From: a virus
Virus record (IMG/VR): IMGVR_UViG_3300032315_000774
Span: 32,001-96,000 of that record
Reading direction: 5' to 3' (one strand)
Length of the DNA stretch: 64,000 nt
The notes beneath the pieces are model-generated. The model worked only from the letters and a program-made list of their open reading frames with translations, did not search any database and was not told the origin of the DNA. Below, piece by piece: positions 1 through 10,643 of this stretch; within the stretch, counting starts at the first letter, position 1, and the number at the start of each line of letters is the position of its first letter. The translations under genes and the position numbers were made by a program.

Positions 1-53
1 TGTCCGGTCGCTTCGAGCTTCTGCAGATTCTTGATGAACTCGCTGAGCTTCAT
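1..53 (-). CDS. 5' end of a hypothetical protein running off the window (MKLSEFIKNLQKLEATG...)
   Basis: ATG at 53 preceded by AAGGAG and the 18-bp box at 65-82. Confidence 0.5.
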   Translation of the reverse strand, partial: MKLSEFIKNLQKLEATG

Positions 54-64
54 GAGATATACTC

Positions 65-82
65 CTTCACTTCGCGTGCCAA
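65..82 (-). promoter_or_regulatory. 18-bp box copy 1 (TTGGCACGCGAAGTGAAG), sigma54-like
   Basis: Exact repeat; 13 nt from its TGA to the next ATG. Confidence 0.7.
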
Positions 83-84
83 GA

Positions 85-966
85 TCAGGCGGCGACCGCC
101 TCGGGTTCGGTCTCGGGCTCGGCCTCGGCCTTGGTCTCAGCCTTGCCGAGGACGCAGTCGGCGGCCTTCTGGGCTGCGCTCGCGGCGCGCAAGAAGATTC
201 GGACGTCGTCGCTGATCCTCTTGCGCCAGCTCGCGAGGTAGCTGGCGCTGTTCGACTCGACGTCGGGCCGCAAGATGCCGGTCATCGCGCACAGCATCGA
301 GGCCGCGCACTCGGCTACCAGCTCCTCCTCTGCGTACGTGTGCGAGCCGTACACGATCGGGTCCATGACCCCCGACCGATCGAGGCGGCTCGCGTGCCCC
401 GTGGAGTGGGCCAGCTCGTGGTAGAAGGTCGAGTAGTAGTGCTCGACCGACGCGAACGCCACGCGGTGCGGCATGCGGATGACGTCGCTCGACGGGATGT
501 AGCAAGCTCGGTCTCCACCGACCTGCAGGCGCGGCCCCTTCGCGAGGTACGCGTCGACGACCGTCTTCGCGTCCTCCTGCTCGACGATCTCCGTCGTCGC
601 CTCGGGCTCGGCCGTCGTCTGCTCCGCGTTGAACACGACGGCGTATCGAAGCAGTGGGAACTTCTTCGGCTTCCCGTTCTTGTCGAACTGCGTCTTGGAC
701 TCGACCATACCGTACCAGGTGACCGGCCACCCCTTCTCGCCCTTCTTCACCGGCGAGTTCCGATCGAGCCACTGCTTGAAGCTCCCCCAACGGGGGTCAG
801 CGTAGCCCGCGCAGCCGAGCAGCATCGTGTTGCTGCCTCGGTACGCACGCCCGGTTACTACGTTGCGGGGCGTACTGGACTGCCATGGCTTCTGCCAGGG
901 CACGACGCCCTTGTCGAGGAGCGCCAGCAAGCGCTCGGTCACCATCGCGTAGATCTTCTCGCTCAT
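85..966 (-). CDS. ardC: ArdC-family antirestriction / ssDNA-binding protein with zincin-like C-terminal domain
   Basis: N-terminal IYxxVTxxLLxxLxxGVVPWQKPW, YRGSN, HELAHSTGH and YAxEELVAE, all typical of ArdC/DUF1738. Confidence 0.85.
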   Translation of the reverse strand: MSEKIYAMVTERLLALLDKGVVPWQKPWQSSTPRNVVTGRAYRGSNTMLLGCAGYADPRWGSFKQWLDRNSPVKKGEKGWPVTWYGMVESKTQFDKNGKPKKFPLLRYAVVFNAEQTTAEPEATTEIVEQEDAKTVVDAYLAKGPRLQVGGDRACYIPSSDVIRMPHRVAFASVEHYYSTFYHELAHSTGHASRLDRSGVMDPIVYGSHTYAEEELVAECAASMLCAMTGILRPDVESNSASYLASWRKRISDDVRIFLRAASAAQKAADCVLGKAETKAEAEPETEPEAVAA

Positions 967-979
967 GTGTGTCTTCTTG

Positions 980-997
980 CTTCACTTCGCATGCCAA
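980..997 (-). promoter_or_regulatory. 18-bp box copy 2 (TTGGCATGCGAAGTGAAG)
   Basis: One mismatch to consensus; 15 nt from its TGA to the ardC ATG. Confidence 0.7.
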
Positions 998-999
998 CT

Positions 1000-1271
1000 C
1001 CTCACTGCTCCTCACTTTTTCCTCACTTACTATAAGTACCTTATTTTATTAGAGAAAAAGCTAGTCTAGTGAGGAAGTGAGGAAAGTGAGGAGTATTTAG
1101 CGCTATGATACGAGATACAGAAAGAGAAACCCTTCTTTTGTGCAGAAAAGCACAGACAGCTTTTCTCCATGAGCACAATAGGAGCTACAGCTTGGGACCT
1201 CACCTTCCTCACTAAACGAGGAAAAGCTTAAGTAAACCGAAGGTTTACAGGTCAGTGAGGAGGAGGTGAGG
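1000..1271. repeat. AT-rich region with inverted arrays of CCTCAC(T) heptamers; candidate replication origin
   Basis: CCTCACT at 1000, 1010, 1021; AGTGAGG at 1068, 1076, 1085; CCTCAC at 1198, 1207; (A/G)GTGAGG at 1254, 1265; AT-rich spacers in a GC-rich genome. Confidence 0.6.
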
Positions 1272-1742
1272 AGACAGCCACGTCACTAGCATCGTCTGGT
1301 CTTCCAACAGACGGCTCGTGAACTGTCGAGAATCATCTGGGGTCAGCTCGACGAGTGTGTCCGACAGCACATGTAGGATGTGGTCGATCCGGGAAACCGA
1401 GCATCGCTCACGACGCATCGCGTCGCGCTTGGCGGCCAGCGCTCGCACTTGAGCCACAGCGGCGAGCGGTCCTGACGTCGGCATGACATCAGCCTCGTGT
1501 GGCGCTGTGCAGAGCCCTTCCAGGAAGCGCTCGGTGCTCGGGTGGAGCGACCAGCCTGCGGCAGCTTGGAGCGCATACGGACAGCTTGGCGTGAGCCCAA
1601 AGAGCAGCTGGTAGCCGAGCTGCGTAGCCGGGTCTGAAGTGAGAGACGCGGGTACACGCAGCTGTGGTCCGAGCACAGGCGCGACACCGAACGTTGCGAC
1701 GAACAGCTTGCGGAACTCGACGGTCTTCACGCAGCCCGCCAC
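1245..1742 (-). CDS. hypothetical protein
   Basis: 165-aa ORF overlapping the upstream 1727-1936 ORF. Confidence 0.5.
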   Translation of the reverse strand: MAGCVKTVEFRKLFVATFGVAPVLGPQLRVPASLTSDPATQLGYQLLFGLTPSCPYALQAAAGWSLHPSTERFLEGLCTAPHEADVMPTSGPLAAVAQVRALAAKRDAMRRERCSVSRIDHILHVLSDTLVELTPDDSRQFTSRLLEDQTMLVTWLSPHLLLTDL

Positions 1743-1977
1743 AGCTCGCGGTTGATGCTGCGCTCTCGAAGCAAGCGCAACATGAGCATGTCGGCTTGCT
1801 CGCTCGTGATGCCGAGCGTGTGTTCAAGACGTTGCGTAGGTAAGCCGACGGTCGGCAACAGCTCGACGACGATGTGCCATCCATCGTCGCGTTGTACGCG
1901 CGTCACCGCGCTGATTGAAATCGGCGTCTTCTGCACAACGCGAACACTAGCGTTTTCTGCAGAAGTGGTCTACTAGC

Positions 1978-2625
1978 TTGTTCATGCTTTCCATCGAGGA
2001 GCTGATCACCACCTTCAACACGATGCCCGAAGAGCAGCGTATGTCGGCGTTCAACGTCGTCTTGCGTTGGCTCGGGCCGGATGGCGCGGACATCGTCATC
2101 GCAGATGCGGATGGCGAGGCCCGACTCGCCGCGAAAGAGGAAGACAAGAAGACACCAACAGAGCGCAAGCCGCCAGCGACTGAGGTGATGGACGCGCTGA
2201 GCGCCATCGTGAGCTACCTGTACGGACGCGACGCGAGGACGGTGCCCGAGCTGGCGCAGGCGCTGAAGCTCGACAAGTCGCTCGTGATGAAGGCCCTGTA
2301 CCAGGGGAAGAAGCTCAACAAGCTGACCGAGCTGAGCCTGACGGCGCCGCGTGCGATGCCTGGCTCGCGCAAGCCCGCAAGCAAGGGCTACGTGCTGTTC
2401 GGCCAGCCCGAGTTCTGGCGCCCGTCTCCCAAGGTCAGTGGCCTGCTCGACGGCGAGGTCGTCGAAGACAGCTCGAAGTTCGAGTTGGTCAAGACGATGG
2501 TCGAGGAAGCGCCTACGGCTGACGCAGTCGTCAACGAGTTCGAGCGCGTCCTCGACTCGCTCGTGTCGCCTCCGACGTCGACGCCGGTCGTGCCGCCCAA
2601 GGTTCTGAGCCTCGACGATCTGTGA
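1978..2625 (+). CDS. hypothetical protein, possible winged-helix (RTVPELAQALKLDKSLVMKAL)
   Basis: GC3-rich coding pattern, HTH-like segment; first gene of the plus-strand block. Confidence 0.6.
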   Translation: MFMLSIEELITTFNTMPEEQRMSAFNVVLRWLGPDGADIVIADADGEARLAAKEEDKKTPTERKPPATEVMDALSAIVSYLYGRDARTVPELAQALKLDKSLVMKALYQGKKLNKLTELSLTAPRAMPGSRKPASKGYVLFGQPEFWRPSPKVSGLLDGEVVEDSSKFELVKTMVEEAPTADAVVNEFERVLDSLVSPPTSTPVVPPKVLSLDDL

Positions 2626-2802
2626 GCAAGCCACACGTCCTCACGCGTGTGCTCACCGAGTACGCTGCACTGCTCCCTGCGGAGCGTGCGGCGTACCGGG
2701 AGCGCCTTCTGGCTCTTGCGGAAAAGTACAAGCTCACGCGCGAAGAGGTTGAGCGTCGACTCGACGCGATCGACGCCGCGCGTGTCGTGAAGGTGGTTCC
2801 TC

Positions 2803-3159
2803 ATGGTGATTGATCTCAAGAAGGACCCTGTTCCGTGCATCTGGTTCTGCATGTGGTTTGGCCTGTTCTGGTACGGCCGCAGTCGACCAGGCACGCACAA
2901 GATCGCGCTGACCCTCAGAGGTCTCGTGACAGAAGCATGCGCCGACGAGCAGAAGCGCGCGTACGAATACTTCGACGTACACCTCGGATTCACGCCGGTG
3001 CCTGCCAGGTTCCTAGACAAGATGAAGATCGAGGTGCCGTACAACAAGCTGCCGAAGATCGACGACATGCTGTTGATCGTTCCGTTCATGTTTTCACCGA
3101 GCACGTTTGTCACCAAGTGGTGGACGCTGCGCGCCATGCAGAAGATGTGGGGAACCTGA
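2803..3159 (+). CDS. hypothetical protein
   Basis: Overlaps both neighbours in a tightly packed operon. Confidence 0.5.
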   Translation: MVIDLKKDPVPCIWFCMWFGLFWYGRSRPGTHKIALTLRGLVTEACADEQKRAYEYFDVHLGFTPVPARFLDKMKIEVPYNKLPKIDDMLLIVPFMFSPSTFVTKWWTLRAMQKMWGT

Positions 3160-3695
3160 TGAAACACGCAGTTCTGGCTGTGATGATCGCAGTCGTGATC
3201 GTCATCGTGTTGTTCTTCGCGGTGCGCGACCACAGCTCGCGCGGCGACTCGGGGTTCCTGGTGACCGCCGAGTGCCAGCGCTACGACCGCGTGTGGCGCA
3301 CGCTGCGCGTCGGAGGACCGAGCTTGACTGCAGCAAAGCGCGAGGCGCTGTCGATGGCCGCCGAGTGGTGGAACGAAGAGCTGAAGCTACACGCGTTCGA
3401 GTTCGTCGAGGACGACCGCGATCTCGACGTCATCGTCGACACCAGCGCGGCGAAGAGCTACACGCAGTTCGAGATGACGTCGTGCGAGTCCGTCATGCGC
3501 ACACGCGTGTATCTCTACGACGGAGAAGCGCCGTCGAAGTGGATCGGCGTCTTCTCGCACGAACTCGGGCACGCGCTGTTTCTCGCAGACGACAACGTCG
3601 CCGAGTCGATCATGTACCATCGCGCGGGCACGCAGTTCTTTGGCGACGTCACGGACCAAGACAAGGCGCGCGTCACTGCGCGCTTCGAGGAGTGA
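3159..3695 (+). CDS. membrane-anchored matrixin-like (metzincin) metallopeptidase
   Basis: N-terminal hydrophobic helix; HELGHALFLAD followed by Met-turn SIMY. Confidence 0.7.
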   Translation: MKHAVLAVMIAVVIVIVLFFAVRDHSSRGDSGFLVTAECQRYDRVWRTLRVGGPSLTAAKREALSMAAEWWNEELKLHAFEFVEDDRDLDVIVDTSAAKSYTQFEMTSCESVMRTRVYLYDGEAPSKWIGVFSHELGHALFLADDNVAESIMYHRAGTQFFGDVTDQDKARVTARFEE

Positions 3696-3699
3696 GCAC

Positions 3700-4638
3700 A
3701 TGTACCGAATCATCGGCCTCTGCGGCGCTGCAGGCGTCGGCAAGAGTTACATCGCGAACATGCTGGGCAAGAACGAGAACTTCGTCGAGCGCTCGTTCGC
3801 CAAGACACTGAAAGAAGCTGCAGCTGTCATCTTCGACTTCAGTCACGAGCAGCTGTACGGTCCGAGCGAGAAGCGCAACGAGCCCGATCCTCGATGGGCA
3901 CGCGAAGGACGCGAACCGCTGTCGCCGCGCGAAGCTCTGCAGGTGCTGGGGACGGAGATCGCGAGACAGCTGCACGACGATGTTTGGATTCGTGCAGGCA
4001 TGCGCGCGATGGACCCGAACACTCGGTACGTGTTTCCAGACGTTCGCTTCAACAACGAGGCCCGGGCGATCCGCGACATGGGTGGTGTCGTCGTGAAGGT
4101 GTGTCGTGAAGGTACGAAGTCTGTCCGCGCACACGCTTCGGAACAGGGCATCGACCCCGCACTGATCGACTTCGAACTCGACAACGTCCTCGGTGACAAC
4201 GGCTTTACGATGACCGCGCTCCAGTCGCTCGTGTCGATGTCGTTCACTCCGTACGTCTTCCCGAAGCGACTGTGGGTCGCTCCTGGCTTCTTGAAAAGAC
4301 CTGGTGGTGACGACTTCAAAGCGTACATGCGACCTGTCCCGCTGCTCTGGATGAGAGTCGGTGAAGCTGCGCTCAATGCCGGGTGGCAGTGGCGCGCAGG
4401 CACACTCGACCTTGACGGCAACCGGATGATTCGAGACCGCGCACCGTTCGAGGCGTTCAACGTCTTCACCGAAGCGCGGCGCTCGTCGCCCTCGATCGAC
4501 GTGATGACAGTACCGGACTTCCGCGACGACGCTACGTTCGGTTGTCTGCAGATCCAGGCGCATGATAAGCAGACGTCGTGCGGAGCCCTTTTGGAAGTTC
4601 TCCGCCAAGCCGAAAACAATCGACGGCTCTACTTGTAG
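3700..4638 (+). CDS. deoxynucleoside monophosphate kinase with C-terminal extension
   Basis: IIGLCGAAGVGKS P-loop, FAxxLK, PRExLQxLGTE, DVRFxNE (T4 gp1-like motifs). Confidence 0.85.
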   Translation: MYRIIGLCGAAGVGKSYIANMLGKNENFVERSFAKTLKEAAAVIFDFSHEQLYGPSEKRNEPDPRWAREGREPLSPREALQVLGTEIARQLHDDVWIRAGMRAMDPNTRYVFPDVRFNNEARAIRDMGGVVVKVCREGTKSVRAHASEQGIDPALIDFELDNVLGDNGFTMTALQSLVSMSFTPYVFPKRLWVAPGFLKRPGGDDFKAYMRPVPLLWMRVGEAALNAGWQWRAGTLDLDGNRMIRDRAPFEAFNVFTEARRSSPSIDVMTVPDFRDDATFGCLQIQAHDKQTSCGALLEVLRQAENNRRLYL

Positions 4639-4681
4639 CCGCAGCCGCCATCGACACCGAGTGGACCCATCTGGAGCACCT

Positions 4682-5311
4682 ATGAACGACAAATACAAGA
4701 ACTGGCCGAGACCACGAGCTGTCGAGCAGAAGCTGGCAAATGCGGACCTCGTCGTCTTTGGTGACGAGTGGTCTCTCATCCACGGCTCCGCGAAGATCTT
4801 CTCTCTTCAGTACGAAGACAAGATGAAGCGATGGGAAGAGGTCTCTTGGCAGATCTTCGAGCTGATGTCAAAGCCACGCTTCTTGACTGAAATGCCTGTG
4901 CCGCCTTCGTCGATGGACGACGTCGACCTGCTTGACGTCTACGTTCAAGACATGCGGGCGTTTGCATGGTATAAAAGCGATCCAATGCATCAAACAAAGT
5001 GTGAGCTGTATGAGCAAGGTGCGTCAGGAGATGCACTCGCGCGTCAACGGTACGTGGAGATCTTCGCTTACTGCAGCGAGCACGACCGACCGAACAAGTT
5101 CTTCTTGTTCAAGAAGTTCGAGGTGGTCGGCGAGTCATATACGCGCTCTGTTGACGACATCGAAGACACCAACACGCCTTGTACGAAGTGCGGCGGTCGG
5201 AAGTGGATCGAGCACGATTGCGGCGACTCGTCGTGCGGGCAAGAGTACGACGTGTGCTCTGCATGCAGCGCACCGACGAGCAACGAGCAGCTCAAGAAGT
5301 CTGAGGTGTAA
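4682..5311 (+). CDS. hypothetical protein with C-terminal Cys cluster
   Basis: GGAG RBS; CTKC...C...C...CSAC. Confidence 0.55.
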   Translation: MNDKYKNWPRPRAVEQKLANADLVVFGDEWSLIHGSAKIFSLQYEDKMKRWEEVSWQIFELMSKPRFLTEMPVPPSSMDDVDLLDVYVQDMRAFAWYKSDPMHQTKCELYEQGASGDALARQRYVEIFAYCSEHDRPNKFFLFKKFEVVGESYTRSVDDIEDTNTPCTKCGGRKWIEHDCGDSSCGQEYDVCSACSAPTSNEQLKKSEV

Positions 5312-5312
5312 C

Positions 5313-5630
5313 ATGGTGGGCAAGGCACTCACGCTCTCGAATCTGATGCCATGGCACAACATCGTGCAGACGTTCTGCGATGGTAAGCTGTTGCTGAGCG
5401 GCGATGACCGTCCTCACCGCAAAGAACTGCTCGTGCAGTACGCTTCTGACAAGTACGACACCGTCGGTCAGTCATCCGATCCGGAGCTGACAGTGAACAA
5501 GTTCGTGCGCGACCGCGTCCGCAAGCTCCTCGTGAAGCGCGAAAACGAGCGCGAACGCCTGCTCGAACGGCTGCAGATCGTCGAGGAAGAGCTGCGCATC
5601 TACAAGCAGTACGAAGCGGAGAACCCGTGA
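5313..5630 (+). CDS. hypothetical coiled-coil protein
   Basis: GAGG RBS, ATG, operon packing. Confidence 0.5.
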   Translation: MVGKALTLSNLMPWHNIVQTFCDGKLLLSGDDRPHRKELLVQYASDKYDTVGQSSDPELTVNKFVRDRVRKLLVKRENERERLLERLQIVEEELRIYKQYEAENP

Positions 5631-6007
5631 CCTTGCTCCTCAAGCTGTGCTTGTTCGTGCCGTGGCTGCTTCCGCTGTTTCGTCGCGCCGTCGCGAAGCG
5701 GGTCATGCAGCGCATCGCGATGCCTGGTGACTACGCCGAGGCACCGAAGGTGCCAGGCAGCATCGTCGTCGTTGTGGGCCGTCCGTCGACGAAGCGAGCG
5801 ATGATGTTCACGTTGAACACTTCGCTCGAAGTAGAGATGACAGGCGCTGACCTCGGCGTGTCTGGTGACTGCATCGACACTATCTCTGCAAGCTACGACC
5901 TTGCACGAGGCTCGTTCGACGAGCTGCTGGACGTGGTACAGTACGTCAGCTTCGGTATGCTGGTGAGGAACCCACGCGGCGCTGAGTCGAGGTCACCTTC
6001 TTCATGA
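5627..6007 (+). CDS. hypothetical protein
   Basis: GTGA overlap with the upstream stop. Confidence 0.5.
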   Translation: MTLLLKLCLFVPWLLPLFRRAVAKRVMQRIAMPGDYAEAPKVPGSIVVVVGRPSTKRAMMFTLNTSLEVEMTGADLGVSGDCIDTISASYDLARGSFDELLDVVQYVSFGMLVRNPRGAESRSPSS

Positions 6008-8228
6008 ACTACGACGACATCAAGAAGCGCTTTGAGCAGCGTCTGCACGATCTTCGGTCGAAGGCAGGAGAAGAGCGCGACAGAGAAGCGCTCGAACTGG
6101 TGTGGCGTGTCGTCGGCCGCGACTTGACTCGGGCGATGCGAGAGTACGAAGCAGAGCTTCATGACACGTCCAACACTGACCTCGACACGTCCATCGCTGA
6201 CCGACGAAGACGCAGCTGAGCTGCGCGCGCTGCGCGTCGCACGCGACCAGTCTTCCGCTCGCATCGAGAAGCTACGGGCGGAGAACTACGCGCTCAGGGC
6301 TTCGGTAGAGCAGGCGCAGACGGCGCTGCGTGATGACCGTGACGAACAGCTGAAGGCGCTGACGGAGCGTGTTCAACAGCTCGAACTCGACATGGACAGC
6401 ATCCGTCGGTGGGGTAGCCCGAGACCTCGTCAGCGGTAACCGCACTCGCATCCCCAGAGTACACGCCACACCTTCGCCCACCACGACTGTGGTCGGACTT
6501 CGATGACCCTGACCGTCGACAGCGTGCCCAAACGCGCACTCACGAGCGCCCGCTCTCGTGCGTCGAGCTGTGCCTCTTCACGTGTCTTGCGCAGCGGACC
6601 AGCTGTGCAAGGACAGCCTTCTTGGGCTCGGTATCCGATCGGTTGCATGGCGCGATGTTCGCACAGAGCTGCAGCGCCAACAAGTTGACGTCGGCAAGTC
6701 GACGCCGTACGTTGTGCGTGCAGAGCAAAGGCTCTGCTCTCTTCTTCTACTTGAGCCGTGGAGTGGCCTCGGCTGGCGTCGGGGCCACTCCATGAACCTA
6801 AGCCATCGTCTGCACAGCGAAGTTGTACGGGAGCTGCGCCAACAAGCTGCTGCTTCACGGCACAGGAACGCGCAGCACGAGGCTACGAAGCATCTTCTAC
6901 ACACGCTCGTTCGTGAGGCTCTACCGGACCTGGTGCAGCTCGCTGTGCAGCGCTTGCGTGTGCGCGCTTCGCGTTCGTGATAGAGAAGCGACATGGTCTT
7001 CGCGGCTTTGATCGGTGCAGCTGTCGTCAGCTGCGTGCTTGGTGAGATGGCGCTGCAGGCGTTCATCTGGCTCATCACGAACCGAGGTGGCGAGTGACGC
7101 TCGTGTACGTGTGGGCTTCTTGGAGCGAGCCGAGCACACGGTTTCGCGAAGACGCAGAAGCCTACGCGAAGCGACGCGGCTGGCGCTTCGAGCCCTGCAA
7201 CCTCGACCTCGATCTTCCTCCATGCACTGTCGTCGCTTTGCCGACGATCGCGGTGTTCGACGAAGGGGACGCGCTGGTTGACAAGCTCATCGGAGCTGGG
7301 CGACTGGAAGCACTATGTCCAAGCCAGAGAGACGCGTAACGCTCGTCGACCTCCGCTCGAAGAACGGAGGCATCATCAAGAAGGGCACGAACTGCTGCGC
7401 CATGCCGCGTGGAAGAGTCTTCACGATCGGTGACGACACGACCGGCGTCGTCATGACGCGCATCCAACCCGAGTGGCTGGGGCCGCGCCTGCGAGGTGCG
7501 CGATGAGCCCCGCGAGCGTCGCTGTGTACCTGAAGATGGCCGACGTTTTCTTCGCGCTTGCAGTTCTTGTCGCGGTCATCATGCTCGCGAACAGGTTCGA
7601 CCCGGCCACGTGCCCACACGCGAACGCGAAGACCGAGGCGCTGTTCGAGCGTTGTCTCAAGCAGCATCCACAGACGGCCGACGTCGTCCTTTGGGCACCC
7701 TCGCCCATCGATCGATGCCTCAACGTCGCGTGCGTGCTGACGTCCACGACCACACCATGAAGTACGACAAGGACACAGGCACGTTCGTAGTCAGCTTCGA
7801 AGAAGTCAAAGCTACGGTCTCTGCGCAGCTGGACGTCGACGAGAAGGGTAACGTCATCAAAGGCACCTGGTGTGATCGAGCTGGGCAGCATCACGTCATC
7901 GAGATCGTGGATGTGTTGAAGCTGACGTGGTGGCAGCGCCTGAAGCAGTGGTGGCGTCGGTTCACACGCCAAGGAGAATAACATGCTTATAACCCGGACT
8001 GACTCACGACTTCCAATGTTCAGATCAAGAATCTGGTCATCGAGTCGACCTTTCGCGACGATGGACACGTGAAGATCATGCTGGTCACTGAGACGTCAGG
8101 TCTTCCGCATCCGCTGTTTCGAGTCAGTGGCTGCTCGAACTTCGTCAGCACGTAGCTTCCGATGATCACCTCTCAGCTGCAGCGGTCGACGAGATCAACG
8201 CATTCTTCGACCGCGTGGAGAGCCTGTC

Positions 8229-8837
8229 ATGAACGACCAAGACATCATCTACGAACTCGTAAAGCAGACTGTTTCGCTCCGCCGTCGACTGCGGAACGCG
8301 CGCGCTGTCTACAACAAGACACGTACACGTGCAGACGAGCTTTCGGACGCCGTAGACCAAGCAAATATGAGAGAGTACGGCGCCACGAAACGTGTGGACG
8401 ACGCGTGCGCTCGTTTGCTGCGCGAGTTCGACATCCCAGCGAACTCCTTCTCCAACACCGACGCCTTTCAGATCGAGGGTGCGATCACGAAGGCGACGAA
8501 CAAGTTTCGCGAGGCCGCTCAAGAAGCGAAGGACGCGAAGACCTTCATCGTAGGTGCGACGAGGCGGTTGATCGAGGAGTTCGGGATTCAGAACCACCAA
8601 CAGCTTGGTCTTCTCGAAGTCGTCGAAGCATGCGTGCGCAAGGCGAAGCAGCCGAACGAAGAGTTGCAGCGAGTGACGCGACAGCTGGAGTCGTTGCAGA
8701 GCCGAGCTGCAGACATGTGCGGAGCGCTGGAAGCGCTGCCCTCGATCGCCGACGCGAACGTGCAGCGCGCATACGTCAGCCTGGCTTTGGAGCTGAAGCG
8801 ACCTGTCAAGTACGCTGTCGTCGACGTCGGTTGTTGA
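8229..8837 (+). CDS. hypothetical coiled-coil protein
   Basis: GGAG RBS, 202-aa ORF with coding bias. Confidence 0.6.
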   Translation: MNDQDIIYELVKQTVSLRRRLRNARAVYNKTRTRADELSDAVDQANMREYGATKRVDDACARLLREFDIPANSFSNTDAFQIEGAITKATNKFREAAQEAKDAKTFIVGATRRLIEEFGIQNHQQLGLLEVVEACVRKAKQPNEELQRVTRQLESLQSRAADMCGALEALPSIADANVQRAYVSLALELKRPVKYAVVDVGC

Positions 8838-9090
8838 CAGCTCGACTCGGCTTGGCCTAGCTCGAAGGTGTGGTCGACGAGCTGCATCACACCTTGCGCG
8901 ACCCGATCGAGGCCGCAGAGCTGACCTGGGGGCGCTTCGAGCTGCGCTTCGACCCGCCTGTGCCGGTCGTCACACGCCGCCAAACGCACAAGAGGGCACT
9001 CCTGGGCCGCGCAAATGCCGTGGTGGTCGTCGACTACCAGAACGAGACGATGACCTCTCTGAGGCTCGTCCGAGGGCCTTGGAGGCGGTC

Positions 9091-9660
9091 ATGAAGCTGC
9101 AGCGTAAGAGTCGAACCTGGTGGTGGCCCATCCTCGCGCGACTTGCGTGGTGGCACTCGGCCATGCTCACCCACGTCTGGACCACGATCGGCGACACCGT
9201 CTACGTACCAAGCTGTCACGACCGCGACACCGACTGGGGTGCTCCCAGCTGGCAGGCGCGGCATCGTCTGGTGCTGGTCCACGAGCGCGTGCACGTGCGG
9301 CAGTGGCGCGACCTCGGCGTGTTGTTCCCGGTGCTGTACTTCGGTCCTGCGCCGTTCTTCGCGCTCATCGGAGCGGCCTTCATGGTGATGGGCGCGTGGG
9401 GCGTCTGGCTGCCCTCGGCTGCGTTCTTCGCGCTGTCGCTGCTCACAGCACCGCTCAGCGTCGGCCTCGCGTACGGGCGGTGGTGGCTCGAACGAGAAGC
9501 GTACCTCGAAGAGTTCTGGGTCACGAAGCGCGAGCACTTGATCACGCGCACCGACCAGATCGTCGAAGCGCTGTGGCTCGACTATCTCTACACGTGGCCA
9601 CGCGCGTGGATGTTCCACTGGTTCTGGACTCAGTACCAGCGACGTGGAGTTCGCCCGTGA
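9091..9660 (+). CDS. membrane zincin-like protein (HExxH)
   Basis: LVHERVHVRQW, two hydrophobic helices, downstream ExEAY. Confidence 0.6.
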   Translation: MKLQRKSRTWWWPILARLAWWHSAMLTHVWTTIGDTVYVPSCHDRDTDWGAPSWQARHRLVLVHERVHVRQWRDLGVLFPVLYFGPAPFFALIGAAFMVMGAWGVWLPSAAFFALSLLTAPLSVGLAYGRWWLEREAYLEEFWVTKREHLITRTDQIVEALWLDYLYTWPRAWMFHWFWTQYQRRGVRP

Positions 9661-9920
9661 GGCGAGCGCCTGTTCAAGGCACGTGGCACCACGACCCTAC
9701 GAAGCGACGTGTCGACGGCTCGATCAGCTGGGAAGAGCACGAGCGCGCCTGGCAAGTATACGCGTCGAAGTTCGGGCACGACCAGAGCGCGCTCCGCATG
9801 GCAGCGCGAGCAGGCTTCGACTACGAAGAGCTGACCCGCTTGCTCGGGCACGAGCCGAAGACCTGGACCGCTGAAGGCTGGGGCGCAGCGCTGCGCGACG
9901 CACAGCTGCGCGAGCGCTGA

Positions 9921-10643
9921 CTACCTCTCCTTCGGATCTGCGGGCAGCGTTACGTACGAGTAGTCCTCAACCAGCGTTACGTACGGGTGCGAGTCTACGT
10001 ACTCGCGCAGTTTGTGCTGTAGGGGACGCACGGCGACAACCTTGCCGTCATGGAACGTGACGACAACCTGCTCACCGAGGCATGGTGGACGTGACACGCC
10101 TGGATAAAAAGAGGTGACCGAGAACTGACACACATCGGAGTTGCTGAAGCGGATGGTGCCGGTGAGAGACGGCGGGTTGTACGACTCCACGAAACCGACA
10201 AGCACACCTTCGCCCTTCACGGCGGGCTTTGACTCCGGTGCTGGCGTGCTTGGCGTGGTCTTCTCGACGAGGCCGACATACCGAATGTTCCGGAAGTTTC
10301 GGCTCAGCTCTCGGAGCTTGCGGCGCTCCTCATCGGCGGCGTCCTGCAGCATCTTGATGTTCCTGCAGATCTTCGCGTGCTCACGACCGCACGCGGACAG
10401 ACCGTCGTCGGCGATGACGCCCTGCTTGACGAGCTGATCGTGCTTGAGGAACACCTTGCCCGTTGCTGCGCACTCGAAGCCTTCGATCTCGCGGTTCGGG
10501 TCGCTGATGTGGCGCAGTGCGTACACCTTGTGGCCTTCCAAGCATTCGATGTCGCCGAAGCCCATCGTCTGCGCGAGCGCGAGCAGGAACGTCTTGATCG
10601 TAGCCTCAGATCGATCGGGAGCGTCGATCATCATCCTGTTCAT
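9921..10643 (-). CDS. hypothetical protein with C-terminal cold-shock/OB-like domain
   Basis: GFVESYNPPSLTGTIRF...F...LGEQVVVTF resembles a CSD; start uncertain. Confidence 0.45.
   Translation of the reverse strand: MNRMMIDAPDRSEATIKTFLLALAQTMGFGDIECLEGHKVYALRHISDPNREIEGFECAATGKVFLKHDQLVKQGVIADDGLSACGREHAKICRNIKMLQDAADEERRKLRELSRNFRNIRYVGLVEKTTPSTPAPESKPAVKGEGVLVGFVESYNPPSLTGTIRFSNSDVCQFSVTSFYPGVSRPPCLGEQVVVTFHDGKVVAVRPLQHKLREYVDSHPYVTLVEDYSYVTLPADPKER

Noticed and set aside
9945-9986. 14-bp direct repeat CAGCGTTACGTACG
   Set aside because: Local duplication in a gene tail (YVTL twice); no evidence for an att site or target-site duplication
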